Part shown: one piece after another, positions 21,301-29,212 of the stretch
How positions within the stretch are numbered: position 1 is the first letter of the stretch
Layout: the number at the start of each line of letters is the position of its first letter
Origin: an uncultured Ignavibacteriota bacterium
GTDB taxonomy: Bacteria > Bacteroidota > Ignavibacteria > UBA10030 > UBA8401
NCBI GenBank assembly: GCA_903884005.1
Contig: CAISDA010000072.1
Coordinates: 25,284 to 89,283, forward strand
Length of the DNA stretch: 64,000 bases
Direction of reading: 5' to 3'
Program-made: the position numbers and the translations under genes
Notes under the pieces: generated by a model
Databases searched by the model: none
What the model was told of the DNA's origin: nothing
Seen by the model: the letters and a program-made list of their open reading frames with translations, nothing else

Positions 21301-23067
21301 GATCAGATCCGGTTTGCCGTCACCATCGATGTCGCCGACCGCAATGCTATACGGATACTGTCCGGTCGGTAGATCGAATTTTGCAGCGAAGGAACCCGTG
21401 GTAATGGAACCGGTTGTGCTGATATTTCTGATCACCGATACCGTATTGTCGAGGCCATTAGCGACTGCTACATCCAATTTGCCGTCCCCGTCGAAGTCAC
21501 ACAGGACGACGCCGCATGGATTCGTTCCCGTGAGAACATCGACCCTGGCGGCGAATGACCCCGCCAGCATGGAACCGGAAGTGCTCGTGTTTCTGAAAAT
21601 GGAAACAGCATTGCTGTTATTGCTGGTGACGGCTATATCCGGTTTCCCATCCCCGTCAATGTCGCCAATGATGATACTCTGCGGAAAAATTCCGGTTGTA
21701 AAATCAACTTTTGAAGCGATGGCCGTGGTATCAAAATTCCGTGAATTGGTGAATGTCACGGAAAACGGATTCCTGGAATATGCAGTCAATCCATTCACGG
21801 TGACCGTGATCGGTTGATAGGTTGTTCCGATTGGAACTTTAACTTGTACTTGCGTTGCTGTGGCTGACGTCACCACGGCCTTCACCGCGCCGAACCAGAC
21901 AATGTTATTTGCAGCGGTAGTACTGAAGTTCGTACCGGTGATGGCGACAGCAGTACCGATCGGACCGGAGTCGGGAGCAAATGAGGAAATTGTCGGCGGC
22001 ACAGCGGGCGCTGCAGCAAGAACCGTGAACGGTTCGGGACTCGTGTATTTGCGCACACGGATATTATCTTCAAATCGCGGAAGTGTACTCCCTCCGGATT
22101 GCGACCAGACCCTGTCATACGCGTAGACTTTAAATGCGGAATCCAGCGGCATTGTTTTATTGATGATCGTGGCGGACCCGGACCACGGACCGCCGGGTTC
22201 GGATGCGGGAACAGATTCGGTAAAAATAAACGTGCCGTCAGACTTTCGGATGATCTGCAGGTAATATTCGGGATTATACGTAGTGCTCCAATAATCGTCT
22301 CTGAGGGGGGCATCGGTTTGAACACCGCGCACGAAAATACCGGCGCTGAACGATCCCCAGTCCTGCCACTGGCAATATGCCGAGTTGGTAAAATCCCCGA
22401 CGACTCTGGTCAATCCCGCGGCTCTGTAAATGTATCCGCCTTTTATAAATTGCATCTCAAGAACGATCGGTCCAGTGAATTGCGGCTTTGAGTACAGATT
22501 CGAGTTCGATTGCGGATTCGTTGCGGGCGAAAGATGCTCGAGCCGTTGATTCTGCTCGACAATCTTTCCCTGGGCATCGTAGACGATCTGCCATTTCGCG
22601 GTATCCAGTTTGTTGTCGTTAAAATCGTCTCCGAACAAAAACGTCGTGCCGATATTGCTTTTGGCGGCGGCAGTCGGATCTCCATAGAACATCGAGAGCG
22701 CGGCGACGGCAGATCCCGGAATGACCGGCATTTTCACCCAGATGTGAGTACTATCGTGATTCATGCCGTACTCATTTTGGATACCGGGGTCGATCCAATA
22801 GGACAGGTCATTCGTTGAATCGGTCGTGAACCGGATATCCGAACCATCGGCGTTCATTTTCCCCTGCGTGATAAGGACGGACGTATTGACCTTGACAAGC
22901 ACAGGGTAATCGGTAAGCGTTGCGGGATTGGCGGTATTGTTGACCGAGATGGAGAACACCCATTTCCCAGTCATAACGTTAGAAGAGCCGGCAACGCTTT
23001 GCGCATACGATAAACCGACAAAGAGCGACAGAAGCAGAATCGTTTTGTTTAAGTGTCTCATGGTCAT
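18325..23067 (-). CDS. Giant secreted FG-GAP/VCBS-repeat beta-propeller protein with fibronectin-III/Ig-like domains and a T9SS C-terminal sorting domain.
   Basis: Signal peptide MTMRHLNKTILLLSLFVGLSYAQS. Seven tandem blades, each with a GDIDGDGKPDIAV-type Ca-binding loop. FN3-like segment (SPASYRIYRSASSGTGY). C-terminal NYPNPFNPSTTIRYGL...GVYFYRIEAVG is the T9SS CTD (type A). Start M20 is 4 nt after the upstream stop. Confidence 0.85.
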   Translation of the reverse strand: MTMRHLNKTILLLSLFVGLSYAQSVAGSSNVMTGKWVFSISVNNTANPATLTDYPVLVKVNTSVLITQGKMNADGSDIRFTTDSTNDLSYWIDPGIQNEYGMNHDSTHIWVKMPVIPGSAVAALSMFYGDPTAAAKSNIGTTFLFGDDFNDNKLDTAKWQIVYDAQGKIVEQNQRLEHLSPATNPQSNSNLYSKPQFTGPIVLEMQFIKGGYIYRAAGLTRVVGDFTNSAYCQWQDWGSFSAGIFVRGVQTDAPLRDDYWSTTYNPEYYLQIIRKSDGTFIFTESVPASEPGGPWSGSATIINKTMPLDSAFKVYAYDRVWSQSGGSTLPRFEDNIRVRKYTSPEPFTVLAAAPAVPPTISSFAPDSGPIGTAVAITGTNFSTTAANNIVWFGAVKAVVTSATATQVQVKVPIGTTYQPITVTVNGLTAYSRNPFSVTFTNSRNFDTTAIASKVDFTTGIFPQSIIIGDIDGDGKPDIAVTSNNSNAVSIFRNTSTSGSMLAGSFAARVDVLTGTNPCGVVLCDFDGDGKLDVAVANGLDNTVSVIRNISTTGSITTGSFAAKFDLPTGQYPYSIAVGDIDGDGKPDLIVGNYGSSSVSVFRNISSPGSLGIGSFAPKVDIAAGGNVQGIAVGDIDGDGKPDIAVTLWGGSNAVAVYRNVGTSGSITAGSFAAAVKLTAGVNPYSVAIGDVDGDGKADVVVSNFGSNSVSVFSNTGTSGSMTAGSFAAKVDFATGTTPYCVALGDLDGDDRPDIVVANNGGNTISILMNRSNIGSIIPGHIIASSFAAKMDIVTGKAPYAAAIGDVDGDGIPDVAVANYGANAVSVLRNTIATPAVFLPAAPTTLLAAAVSQSQVNLTWTSSATGSPASYRIYRSASSGTGYVKIDSASASQTSYANIGLNQNTIYWYRVTAVNSAGESSPSNEDSAKTFNTAAPTIALSAKSLAFDTVALGALSKKTLVVTNTGDAVLTVTASLQTNSVFTLNKISLGVPAHASDSIIITFTPALAVQYKDTLTIVHNATGSPSFVALSGTGKATGSVATIAVAPASILIMKNGTTGTLSSVSITISNSGQQTLTGTVSYSGTPLLQLTSGTVLSVAGGTSSFITLQQNSSQTLTAGTYNAAIAITHNAVSAPVNIPIEVRIVVIPQTIDVTRTITFSTPDNPMSYKLVSIPGATPHGAASVLPGEYKTDWRMYRDNGVSANFIEYDGSSAFDFGAGKGFWALSRKGFIVSGNAANVTTSTGLYSVNVQPGWNIIASPYEKSVTWSEVVKLNALSANAVIYDWKSGAWVQASTMIPFTAYYFLNIGNAPSLLLPYDPAGSFYKTDRELDAVPYVSDRAIRLSLSSMGREVASVYAGFDSTSCTDYDVKDYFAPPTTFASASIVIDNESPYMPATRLFIDHRKEVGDGQIFDLLLHNKAAAEAYLHAEGMQSMPNDEVYLYNVLSSASYDLRQLQAIPVPQSSEEVRYRLVIGSNSYLQKNGVPLTPTEFALSQNYPNPFNPSTTIRYGLPSAGRVSIKIYNTLGQLVEDLVSAEQSGGWHEAVWNAHAASGVYFYRIEAVGLTDPNVRFTQVRKMMLVK

Positions 23068-23071
23068 CCCA

Positions 23072-23890
23072 TTATTTTTTAACAACCTGAATCTGAGCGC
23101 TCGCGGAACATCGCTGATCCACACGGATCTTCGCGAGCCAGGTGTTATATTCGAGCAGCGTGATAAATTCTTTTTTGCTGTTCATGCCACCGCAGGGAAC
23201 ATTGTCACTCGTCACGATCGCGATAATAAATTCTATCGCTCGTTCGCCGTCTCCGCCTTCCAGGTCCAATACGTACGAATACGGTTTCGACTGGGGAGGA
23301 ATCTCGACCTCCACATTGGCCATGATGCGGTTGTCTTTTGTTTTCGGCAGCAATGGATGAGGATAGAGAATAAAGCAGGAATCGTTTTTAATCTGGAACA
23401 AGGATAGGTATCCGCTTTTTGAGGAACGAATGGTCAATTGCAGGTCTTCCCCTTCAACATAGGATTGTTTGTCTGTGTGCACTTGCACTTCAAACGTATT
23501 GTCCGTTTCACCGAGCGGCAATTCTATCAGGGCTTCAACATAGACAATGATTTGCGGAAGCTGGACGCCGTTCACGTCGATAAACGCGCTGGTGATTTTC
23601 AGATTTCGTTCTTCAACAATGATGCCCCGGGTGTCACATTGAGCGAATGCGCCGTACATATCCACAGCGAGTCTGCCAACGTCACCCTGCAATCGAACCT
23701 GCGTCGAATGGATTGCAATTCCGGCTTGCTGCAGCACATTCACACGCGCCTGCTGCAGTGCGCGCTGCCGAAGCTGTGACGGACTTTCGTTCTCGCTGCC
23801 GACGACTGTTGCTCCTCCCTTAAACCACTGCTGTGAAAAAAGAGAGGAAGCAAAAAGGAGAGTCACACAGAGTACCGTTCTCATGTTCAT
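23072..23890 (-). CDS. Secreted protein with LPP20-like N-region and DUF4384-like C-terminal beta-domain.
   Basis: Signal peptide. The segment LTIRSSKSGYLSLFQIKNDSCFILYP resembles the DUF4384 core often fused to caspase-domain proteins. ATGA overlap with the caspase gene upstream. Confidence 0.45.
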   Translation of the reverse strand: MNMRTVLCVTLLFASSLFSQQWFKGGATVVGSENESPSQLRQRALQQARVNVLQQAGIAIHSTQVRLQGDVGRLAVDMYGAFAQCDTRGIIVEERNLKITSAFIDVNGVQLPQIIVYVEALIELPLGETDNTFEVQVHTDKQSYVEGEDLQLTIRSSKSGYLSLFQIKNDSCFILYPHPLLPKTKDNRIMANVEVEIPPQSKPYSYVLDLEGGDGERAIEFIIAIVTSDNVPCGGMNSKKEFITLLEYNTWLAKIRVDQRCSASAQIQVVKK

Positions 23891-25629
23891 TTATACTCGA
23901 CAAGTATTTGCGATTCATCCCCGAAAAATTCCGGAGTCTGCAGGCCGCTTTTTTTACGCGACGTTTCAATAACGTTGGCAATGACATACTCTTTCAATTC
24001 GCCGAGTGTGACTTTCCCGTCCTTGTTTTTATCCGCTTCGCCCTTTAATCCGGCAGTCACATAATAGGTAAAGAGCCCCATTTCGGCTTCATCGAAACCG
24101 AGAGAGGTTTCGTCGCTGGTCGAAGAATTAATGACGGTAAAATTATTATAGGATTCCCAGGGGCGGTTAATTTTCAGCCTGATCCCCTTTTGTCCCGTCA
24201 GGTTGGCAAGCAGCGTGTTCTGAGTTTTTCTCGCCGCACCGCTGAAGCAGGCATCGAGTATGACGGTAACGGTGCGAGCATTGAGTCTGTTCAGGTCGGC
24301 ATAGAATTTTGGCAGCGAGTACGCTCTATTTTCCAGGTTCGAAATCTTCCCATCGCTGGGAAACAGATACGTCGTCTCGCCGGTTTTATCCGGAATGCCG
24401 TGGCCGGAATAAAAAACAAACACATCGGTTTCATTTTTTTTAATAGCGGAAGCCAGCTCGCCCGATAGCGGATTAAAGATATCATCCATCCTTGAATATG
24501 TCACTTCGTCGTTTTTCAGCACAATGATCTGTTCCACACCGAGCACTTTTTTAAAATATTCAGCCATCACGGTCGCATCGTTGGCGGCGAAGGGCGCCGG
24601 CGCGATATCCTTATATTGTTCGACGCCGATCACCACACCGATGGAATGTGCCCGTTTGGATATGCTCTGACCGACATTCCGGATATCAATCACGTTGTCC
24701 ATATTCGCCTTGAACTTATTGGACAGTTCAAATTTGGCGAACGTTTTTTTCACGTTGTCGAGGCGCGGTTTCACCTCGACAATATTTTGCGCCATTGGCG
24801 GCTGATCGATTTTTAACGGCAATTGATACCCCTCGAGGCGGCCTTCAAGTTCATCATTGCGCAGGGTCAGAAAGAGCGGCAGCTTGTCCTTAATATCAGC
24901 CATGCGCTGCGCGGAGGGAGTCGTAATTTTAAATGTAAATTCCTTCCATTCGCCGGGCTGCATGGTGCCGAGCACGCCGCTGGCCTGTTCGATGCGAATG
25001 CTTTGATGAGTATTTTCAAGTGAATACGTCACATTGGGGGCCGGTGACTGTCCGACATTCTGCACAACGACGCGGATGTAGACACGTTCTTTCGGATGCA
25101 ACTGGCCATCCGCTTTTTTTACATCCACGTCCTCCCCTACTTCGATCACTTCCAGTCCGGCACACTGCAGTTTAGGCGGATCGTATGCCAATGTCGGCAG
25201 AATGAGGTATGCAGGGTCCATGTCCTGCATCGAACCATTCTCGGTGACGAGAATTTCAATTTTATTTTCTTGTGTTTTGATCTGTTTCGATGCGGAGATG
25301 GAGAACTCGAGCCTGACTGAGTCGGCCGGCGCCAGGATATTCACTTGCTTTGGATCCGATATTTTTAGTTCCGGGTCAGGAACAAGGTTATTAACAGCAA
25401 CCAGAATACCCTGGGCTTTTGATTTACCCTTATTCGTGATCGTCAAAATAATTTTCCCGGACTCACGGTTTTCCAGAATTTTATTTCCGTTACTGTCGAT
25501 GAAATCGATCGTGGCATAGAGGTCTGGCAGGCCGCTTTCGGTGAATGAGAATTTTTTACTTCGTACTTGCGCCGACAGTATGCCACAGAACAACATCGCG
25601 AAGATGGCAATATGGATGACTTTATTCAT
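23887..25629 (-). CDS. Caspase-family (peptidase C14) protein with signal peptide, two CARDB/Ig-like N-terminal domains and a C-terminal EF-hand/dockerin-like Ca-binding loop.
   Basis: Caspase His/Cys dyad contexts: HSIGVVIGVEQYKD...VFYSGHG (His) and VILDACFSG (Cys). C-terminal DKNKDGKVTLGELKEY loop. N-terminal hydrophobic leader. Confidence 0.8.
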   Translation of the reverse strand: MNKVIHIAIFAMLFCGILSAQVRSKKFSFTESGLPDLYATIDFIDSNGNKILENRESGKIILTITNKGKSKAQGILVAVNNLVPDPELKISDPKQVNILAPADSVRLEFSISASKQIKTQENKIEILVTENGSMQDMDPAYLILPTLAYDPPKLQCAGLEVIEVGEDVDVKKADGQLHPKERVYIRVVVQNVGQSPAPNVTYSLENTHQSIRIEQASGVLGTMQPGEWKEFTFKITTPSAQRMADIKDKLPLFLTLRNDELEGRLEGYQLPLKIDQPPMAQNIVEVKPRLDNVKKTFAKFELSNKFKANMDNVIDIRNVGQSISKRAHSIGVVIGVEQYKDIAPAPFAANDATVMAEYFKKVLGVEQIIVLKNDEVTYSRMDDIFNPLSGELASAIKKNETDVFVFYSGHGIPDKTGETTYLFPSDGKISNLENRAYSLPKFYADLNRLNARTVTVILDACFSGAARKTQNTLLANLTGQKGIRLKINRPWESYNNFTVINSSTSDETSLGFDEAEMGLFTYYVTAGLKGEADKNKDGKVTLGELKEYVIANVIETSRKKSGLQTPEFFGDESQILVEYK

Positions 25630-25641
25630 GGTAGTGTCCCT

Positions 25642-26205
25642 CTAATTTGGCCGTGCAACGCCGATCGCCGGAATTCCTGCAACCGCCGTTTGACCCGGTG
25701 TATCGACGCTATTTTTGCCTCCGAGAAGCAATACTGCGGCAGCGCCGCCGGCTGCGGCACCGATTCCGACCCATGCCCAGGGGAACGAATTTTGTTCGAT
25801 TTTACGAACGGTCAGGTCAAAGCGGTAATCATTCCCTTTTAAGTCTTTGAGAATATCCTGTTTATAGTTCCACACGATCGAATTATTTTTTCCGGAAAAC
25901 GATCCAACGCCAATTTTCCCCATGATGTGCCGGGGAATGATGCGAAAGTTCGGGTCACTTTCACGGACCAGGACCAATGATACTTCAAATTCGTCGTCCT
26001 GCGAACCGTTGATGTAGTAGTATATTTCAAACACTGCATCGGTCTTTTTGACGTCGATGATATCATACAACGGAGAAATTTTATTCTGTGCCATTTGGGC
26101 GTTCTCCCGCATAGCATCGACGTTGATGCCGTTATTTTGCGGAAAGGCCTGGAAGGTAAAAACTGCCATGAGCAGCCATACAGCATGGTAGATGCGAACA
26201 TTCAT
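25642..26205 (-). CDS. Hypothetical secreted protein with a C-terminal Gly/Ala-rich hydrophobic anchor; first gene of the caspase operon.
   Basis: Signal peptide MNVRIYHAVWLLMAVFTFQAF. Beta-rich middle region. C-terminal WAWVGIGAAAGGAAAVLLLGG TM-like segment. 12-nt gap to the caspase gene. Confidence 0.5.
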   Translation of the reverse strand: MNVRIYHAVWLLMAVFTFQAFPQNNGINVDAMRENAQMAQNKISPLYDIIDVKKTDAVFEIYYYINGSQDDEFEVSLVLVRESDPNFRIIPRHIMGKIGVGSFSGKNNSIVWNYKQDILKDLKGNDYRFDLTVRKIEQNSFPWAWVGIGAAAGGAAAVLLLGGKNSVDTPGQTAVAGIPAIGVARPN

Positions 26206-26555
26206 AGGTGAACTCCGCCGACTGATGATGGTGAATTACGGGAACGTGAATATGATATCGATGAACCAGCTCGCCGTACGTGGCAGTCGGTGTCATTGCG
26301 GGCGAAAGATCCAGAGGAATTAATGGTGACGGAATGATAGCATTAAAATCTGTAGTAAGCAATACCTTCGGGGGAAGAACTAAATTTACTTTACAGTAAT
26401 GGGTAACAATGATTCGGCCTGTCCTTTAACGCACGCAGATCGGTGCTCCCATTCTTGATATTGAACATGGATCTATATACATTTGTCCGATGCATCCATC
26501 CCGCACGAACGGCGGGGTGGAGTACAATCACTGACAACTCGAAAGGATTAACGCA

Positions 26556-26678
26556 ATGAGCAAAGGCCAGGACAGCAAAAAAGACACGAAGAAGGCGCCG
26601 AAGCTAACGCCGAAAGAAAAGCAAGCCGCGAAAAGAGACAAGAAAAATGGAACGAAACCCACAGGGTCGCTCAAATAG
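26556..26678 (+). CDS. Putative 40-aa lysine-rich small protein (MSKGQDSKKDTKKAPKLTPKEKQAAKRDKKNGTKPTGSLK).
   Basis: Not in the ORF track (<60 aa). ATG preceded by AAAGGA 6 nt upstream. 13 Lys and 1 Arg in 40 aa (14 basic residues) and no hydrophobic core. Lies in the gap between the divergent caspase and Hyf-like operons. Confidence 0.3.
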   Translation: MSKGQDSKKDTKKAPKLTPKEKQAAKRDKKNGTKPTGSLK

Positions 26679-26785
26679 CGATGTCATACCGCAGCATATC
26701 ATGGAAGCAGCAGCCGCACGTCTCAGCTAAGCTCTCGTAAAAGAGGATGCACGGGCGGGATACGTTGGTGATGTATACCCACCAA

Positions 26786-27535
26786 TTATTTCCGCCCGAA
26801 CCAGTCCAGCAGTCCCGTAATGAATGTGAGCGGGTGCGGCGGGCAGCCTGGTATGAATAGGTCAATGGGATGCTGTTCGAGGAACTCGCGGTTCACTTCC
26901 ATGGAATCCTGGAAGATGCCCCCGGAGACGGCGCAGGCTCCGACGAGGATCACGATTTTCGGAGACGGCACGGCATCGTAACAGATGAACGCCGCATCGG
27001 CCATAGCCTTGGTGATCGGGCCGGTGATGACAATACCGTCCGCATGGCGGGGTGAAGCGACAAATTCGATGCCGAAACGTCCCATATCGAAATTCACATT
27101 GCTCAATGCATTCAACTCCGCCTCGCACCCGTTGCACCCGCCCGCCGATATCTGACGTAGTTTTAATGAGCTGCCGAAATATTTCCGGATCTGCTTCGAG
27201 GCAAGCTCAGGCGTGATTCTCTTCTGCGATCCGTCGACGACCAACTGGCTGCGTGTGCTGCACGCGATGTGGTATTCGTTAGTGAAATGTATGGCCTGTT
27301 CGGGACATTCCTGTTCGCACAACGGACAAAAGACGCACAGCCCGAGATCGACCTTCAGGGGATTCAGCTGTATCGCGTGCGTCGGGCACACAGACTGGCA
27401 TGTGCCGCAGCCATCCGGACATGTTTCGGGATGGAGGGCGGGCATGCCGCGAAAGAGCGGCGGCAGTGAGGCATGATGAACGTCGTGAACGATCGGGTCG
27501 CCCTGCAGCACACGGAGGTGAATGCTTTCAATCAT
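26786..27535 (-). CDS. Fused 2x[4Fe-4S] ferredoxin (HycF/NuoI-like) and NuoB/HycG-like small subunit of a group-4 hydrogenase/complex-I-related module.
   Basis: N-terminal CPDGCGTCQSVCP and CVFCPLCEQECP motifs. C-terminal NuoB-like GGCNGCEAE, VGACAVSGG and PGCPPHP cysteine motifs. Confidence 0.8.
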   Translation of the reverse strand: MIESIHLRVLQGDPIVHDVHHASLPPLFRGMPALHPETCPDGCGTCQSVCPTHAIQLNPLKVDLGLCVFCPLCEQECPEQAIHFTNEYHIACSTRSQLVVDGSQKRITPELASKQIRKYFGSSLKLRQISAGGCNGCEAELNALSNVNFDMGRFGIEFVASPRHADGIVITGPITKAMADAAFICYDAVPSPKIVILVGACAVSGGIFQDSMEVNREFLEQHPIDLFIPGCPPHPLTFITGLLDWFGRK

Positions 27536-27547
27536 AACTCTCCTTTG

Positions 27548-29032
27548 TTATAAATCGTGTCCGGCGTAGGACAGGTCAAAGCTTTTGTTGATCAGTGGGA
27601 AATCGGAGATCGCCACGCTTCGCATCGCGAGCGCCAGGCCGTACCAATTATGAAACGACGGATCCTTGATCTTATAGCGCGTGAACGCGCCGGCGGCATC
27701 GGTGAAGGCACAGTGGGCAATTTCACCCCTCCACCCCTCGACGAGGGAGATAACACCGCACTCGGGCAGCATATCGGCCAATGGACCGATCACAGGACCG
27801 GGGGCTAGATTTTCCAGCTGATCGAAAATAAATTGGAGCGATTCGTCTATTTCAAAAGACCGCATGCGCGTCCGCGCGAAGACATCGCCTGTCGACAGCG
27901 TGATGAGCGGAAGATGTGTATACCGGTACGTGCCGTACGGAAATTGGCTGCGCGTATCGATCTCTATGCCGCACGCGCGCGCTGCCGGTCCGACCATCCC
28001 GATCGATCGCGCCCACTCTTTCGTGACGACACCCGTCTGGTCGAGCCGTGAGATGACGCTCGTGGATTCGATCATCACACGATTGATCGCGGCGATATCG
28101 TTCTGCACAACGCGCAGATTGTCCTGGATGCGTTCGAGCGCCTCGTCCGCGGGATCGAACCGAAGTCCGCCCGGAGTGATAAAACCGCGCCCGAAGCGGG
28201 AGCCGCACAGAAGCGCGGAGCTGTTGATCACGAGAGTCCGCAGCCGCCCGTACGACGACGCACCGATGGCGTATCCGATATCGTTGCCAATGCCGCCCAG
28301 GCCTGCAAGGTGCATCGCGATGCGTTCAAGTTCTTCGGCGATCGTGCGGAGAACCTGCGTCCGCAGGCTGACCGTGGCGTGAGACAGTGCCTCGATGGCG
28401 AGCGTGTATGCCATCGTATGGCCGATCACCGTGTCTCCGGCGATCGATTCGCACAGAATGTTCCGCTGCCTCGCATCTGCAGCAAGCAGCATTGCCTCTA
28501 TGCCGCGATGCTGGTATCCGAGACTGATCTCGAGATGGTATACTTCCTCGCCATGGCACTGAAAACGGAAATGGCCCGGTTCGATGATGCCTGCATGTAT
28601 CGGCCCGACGGCAACCTCGTGAACCTCTTCGCCTTCCATCGCATACAGTGAATACGGCTGATCGCCCAGCACCGTCGTCTGTTTCCGCACGGGACGCAGC
28701 CAGGGATGGCCAACGGGGATGACATGGTGATTCTCCGCGAGTTCACATTCGAAATAATGCGTCTGGGGATATTCCCCCGCGAAGCTCGCGAAATGATTTT
28801 CCGTCGGCGTGAACGTTGTGCCTACCAGGTGTATCGACGATGACAATCGGTTGGCCAGGACTGCGATGACCGTTCCGGGAGACGCCGATGGGTCCATTCC
28901 GAACAATCCGATCATTCGCGAATGCGCCATCAACAGTTCGCGCACCGACGCCTCGAATTCGGCAATGGAGACGATGGGAATATCGCCGATCGCAAACGGC
29001 TGATGATTTTGTACCGACAAAGAGATCATAAT
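27548..29032 (-). CDS. Fused NuoC/NuoD-like large subunit (HycE/HyfG-like) that lacks the [NiFe]-ligating cysteines (Ehr-type).
   Basis: NuoD/large-subunit signatures (GPIHAGIIEPGHFRF, LEISLGYQHRGIE). The L1 position reads LCESIAGDTVIGH (no CGxC) and the C-terminal L2 position reads DPSFHNW instead of DPCxxCxxH. I trimmed the start to the ATG at 29032 to exclude the upstream repeat element. Confidence 0.8.
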   Translation of the reverse strand: MMISLSVQNHQPFAIGDIPIVSIAEFEASVRELLMAHSRMIGLFGMDPSASPGTVIAVLANRLSSSIHLVGTTFTPTENHFASFAGEYPQTHYFECELAENHHVIPVGHPWLRPVRKQTTVLGDQPYSLYAMEGEEVHEVAVGPIHAGIIEPGHFRFQCHGEEVYHLEISLGYQHRGIEAMLLAADARQRNILCESIAGDTVIGHTMAYTLAIEALSHATVSLRTQVLRTIAEELERIAMHLAGLGGIGNDIGYAIGASSYGRLRTLVINSSALLCGSRFGRGFITPGGLRFDPADEALERIQDNLRVVQNDIAAINRVMIESTSVISRLDQTGVVTKEWARSIGMVGPAARACGIEIDTRSQFPYGTYRYTHLPLITLSTGDVFARTRMRSFEIDESLQFIFDQLENLAPGPVIGPLADMLPECGVISLVEGWRGEIAHCAFTDAAGAFTRYKIKDPSFHNWYGLALAMRSVAISDFPLINKSFDLSYAGHDL

Positions 29033-29071
29033 AGTGGATATTAGTAACTCAGCGTACACAAAATAGCCCCT

Positions 29072-29155
29072 GTCATTCTGAAGGAGCTCGAGCGACTGAA
29101 GAATCTCGCCGGGTGCTAACACGATGCAAGATTCTTCGCTTGCGCTCAGAATGTC
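29072..29155. repeat. Inverted pair of a short dispersed repeat (long variant GTCATTCTGAAGGAGCTCGAGCGACTGAAGAATCTC plus inverted short variant GACATTCTGAGCGCAAGCGAAGAATC).
   Basis: 29072–29107 (forward) and 29129–29155 (reverse) in the intergenic gap between Hyf-like genes. The same family recurs at 34301–34325 and 34387–34420. Confidence 0.55.
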
Positions 29156-29212
29156 AGAGTACTTATGTCATATGCATGAAGATTCTTGACGCAGGCGAGC
29201 GAACAGCCCGCC

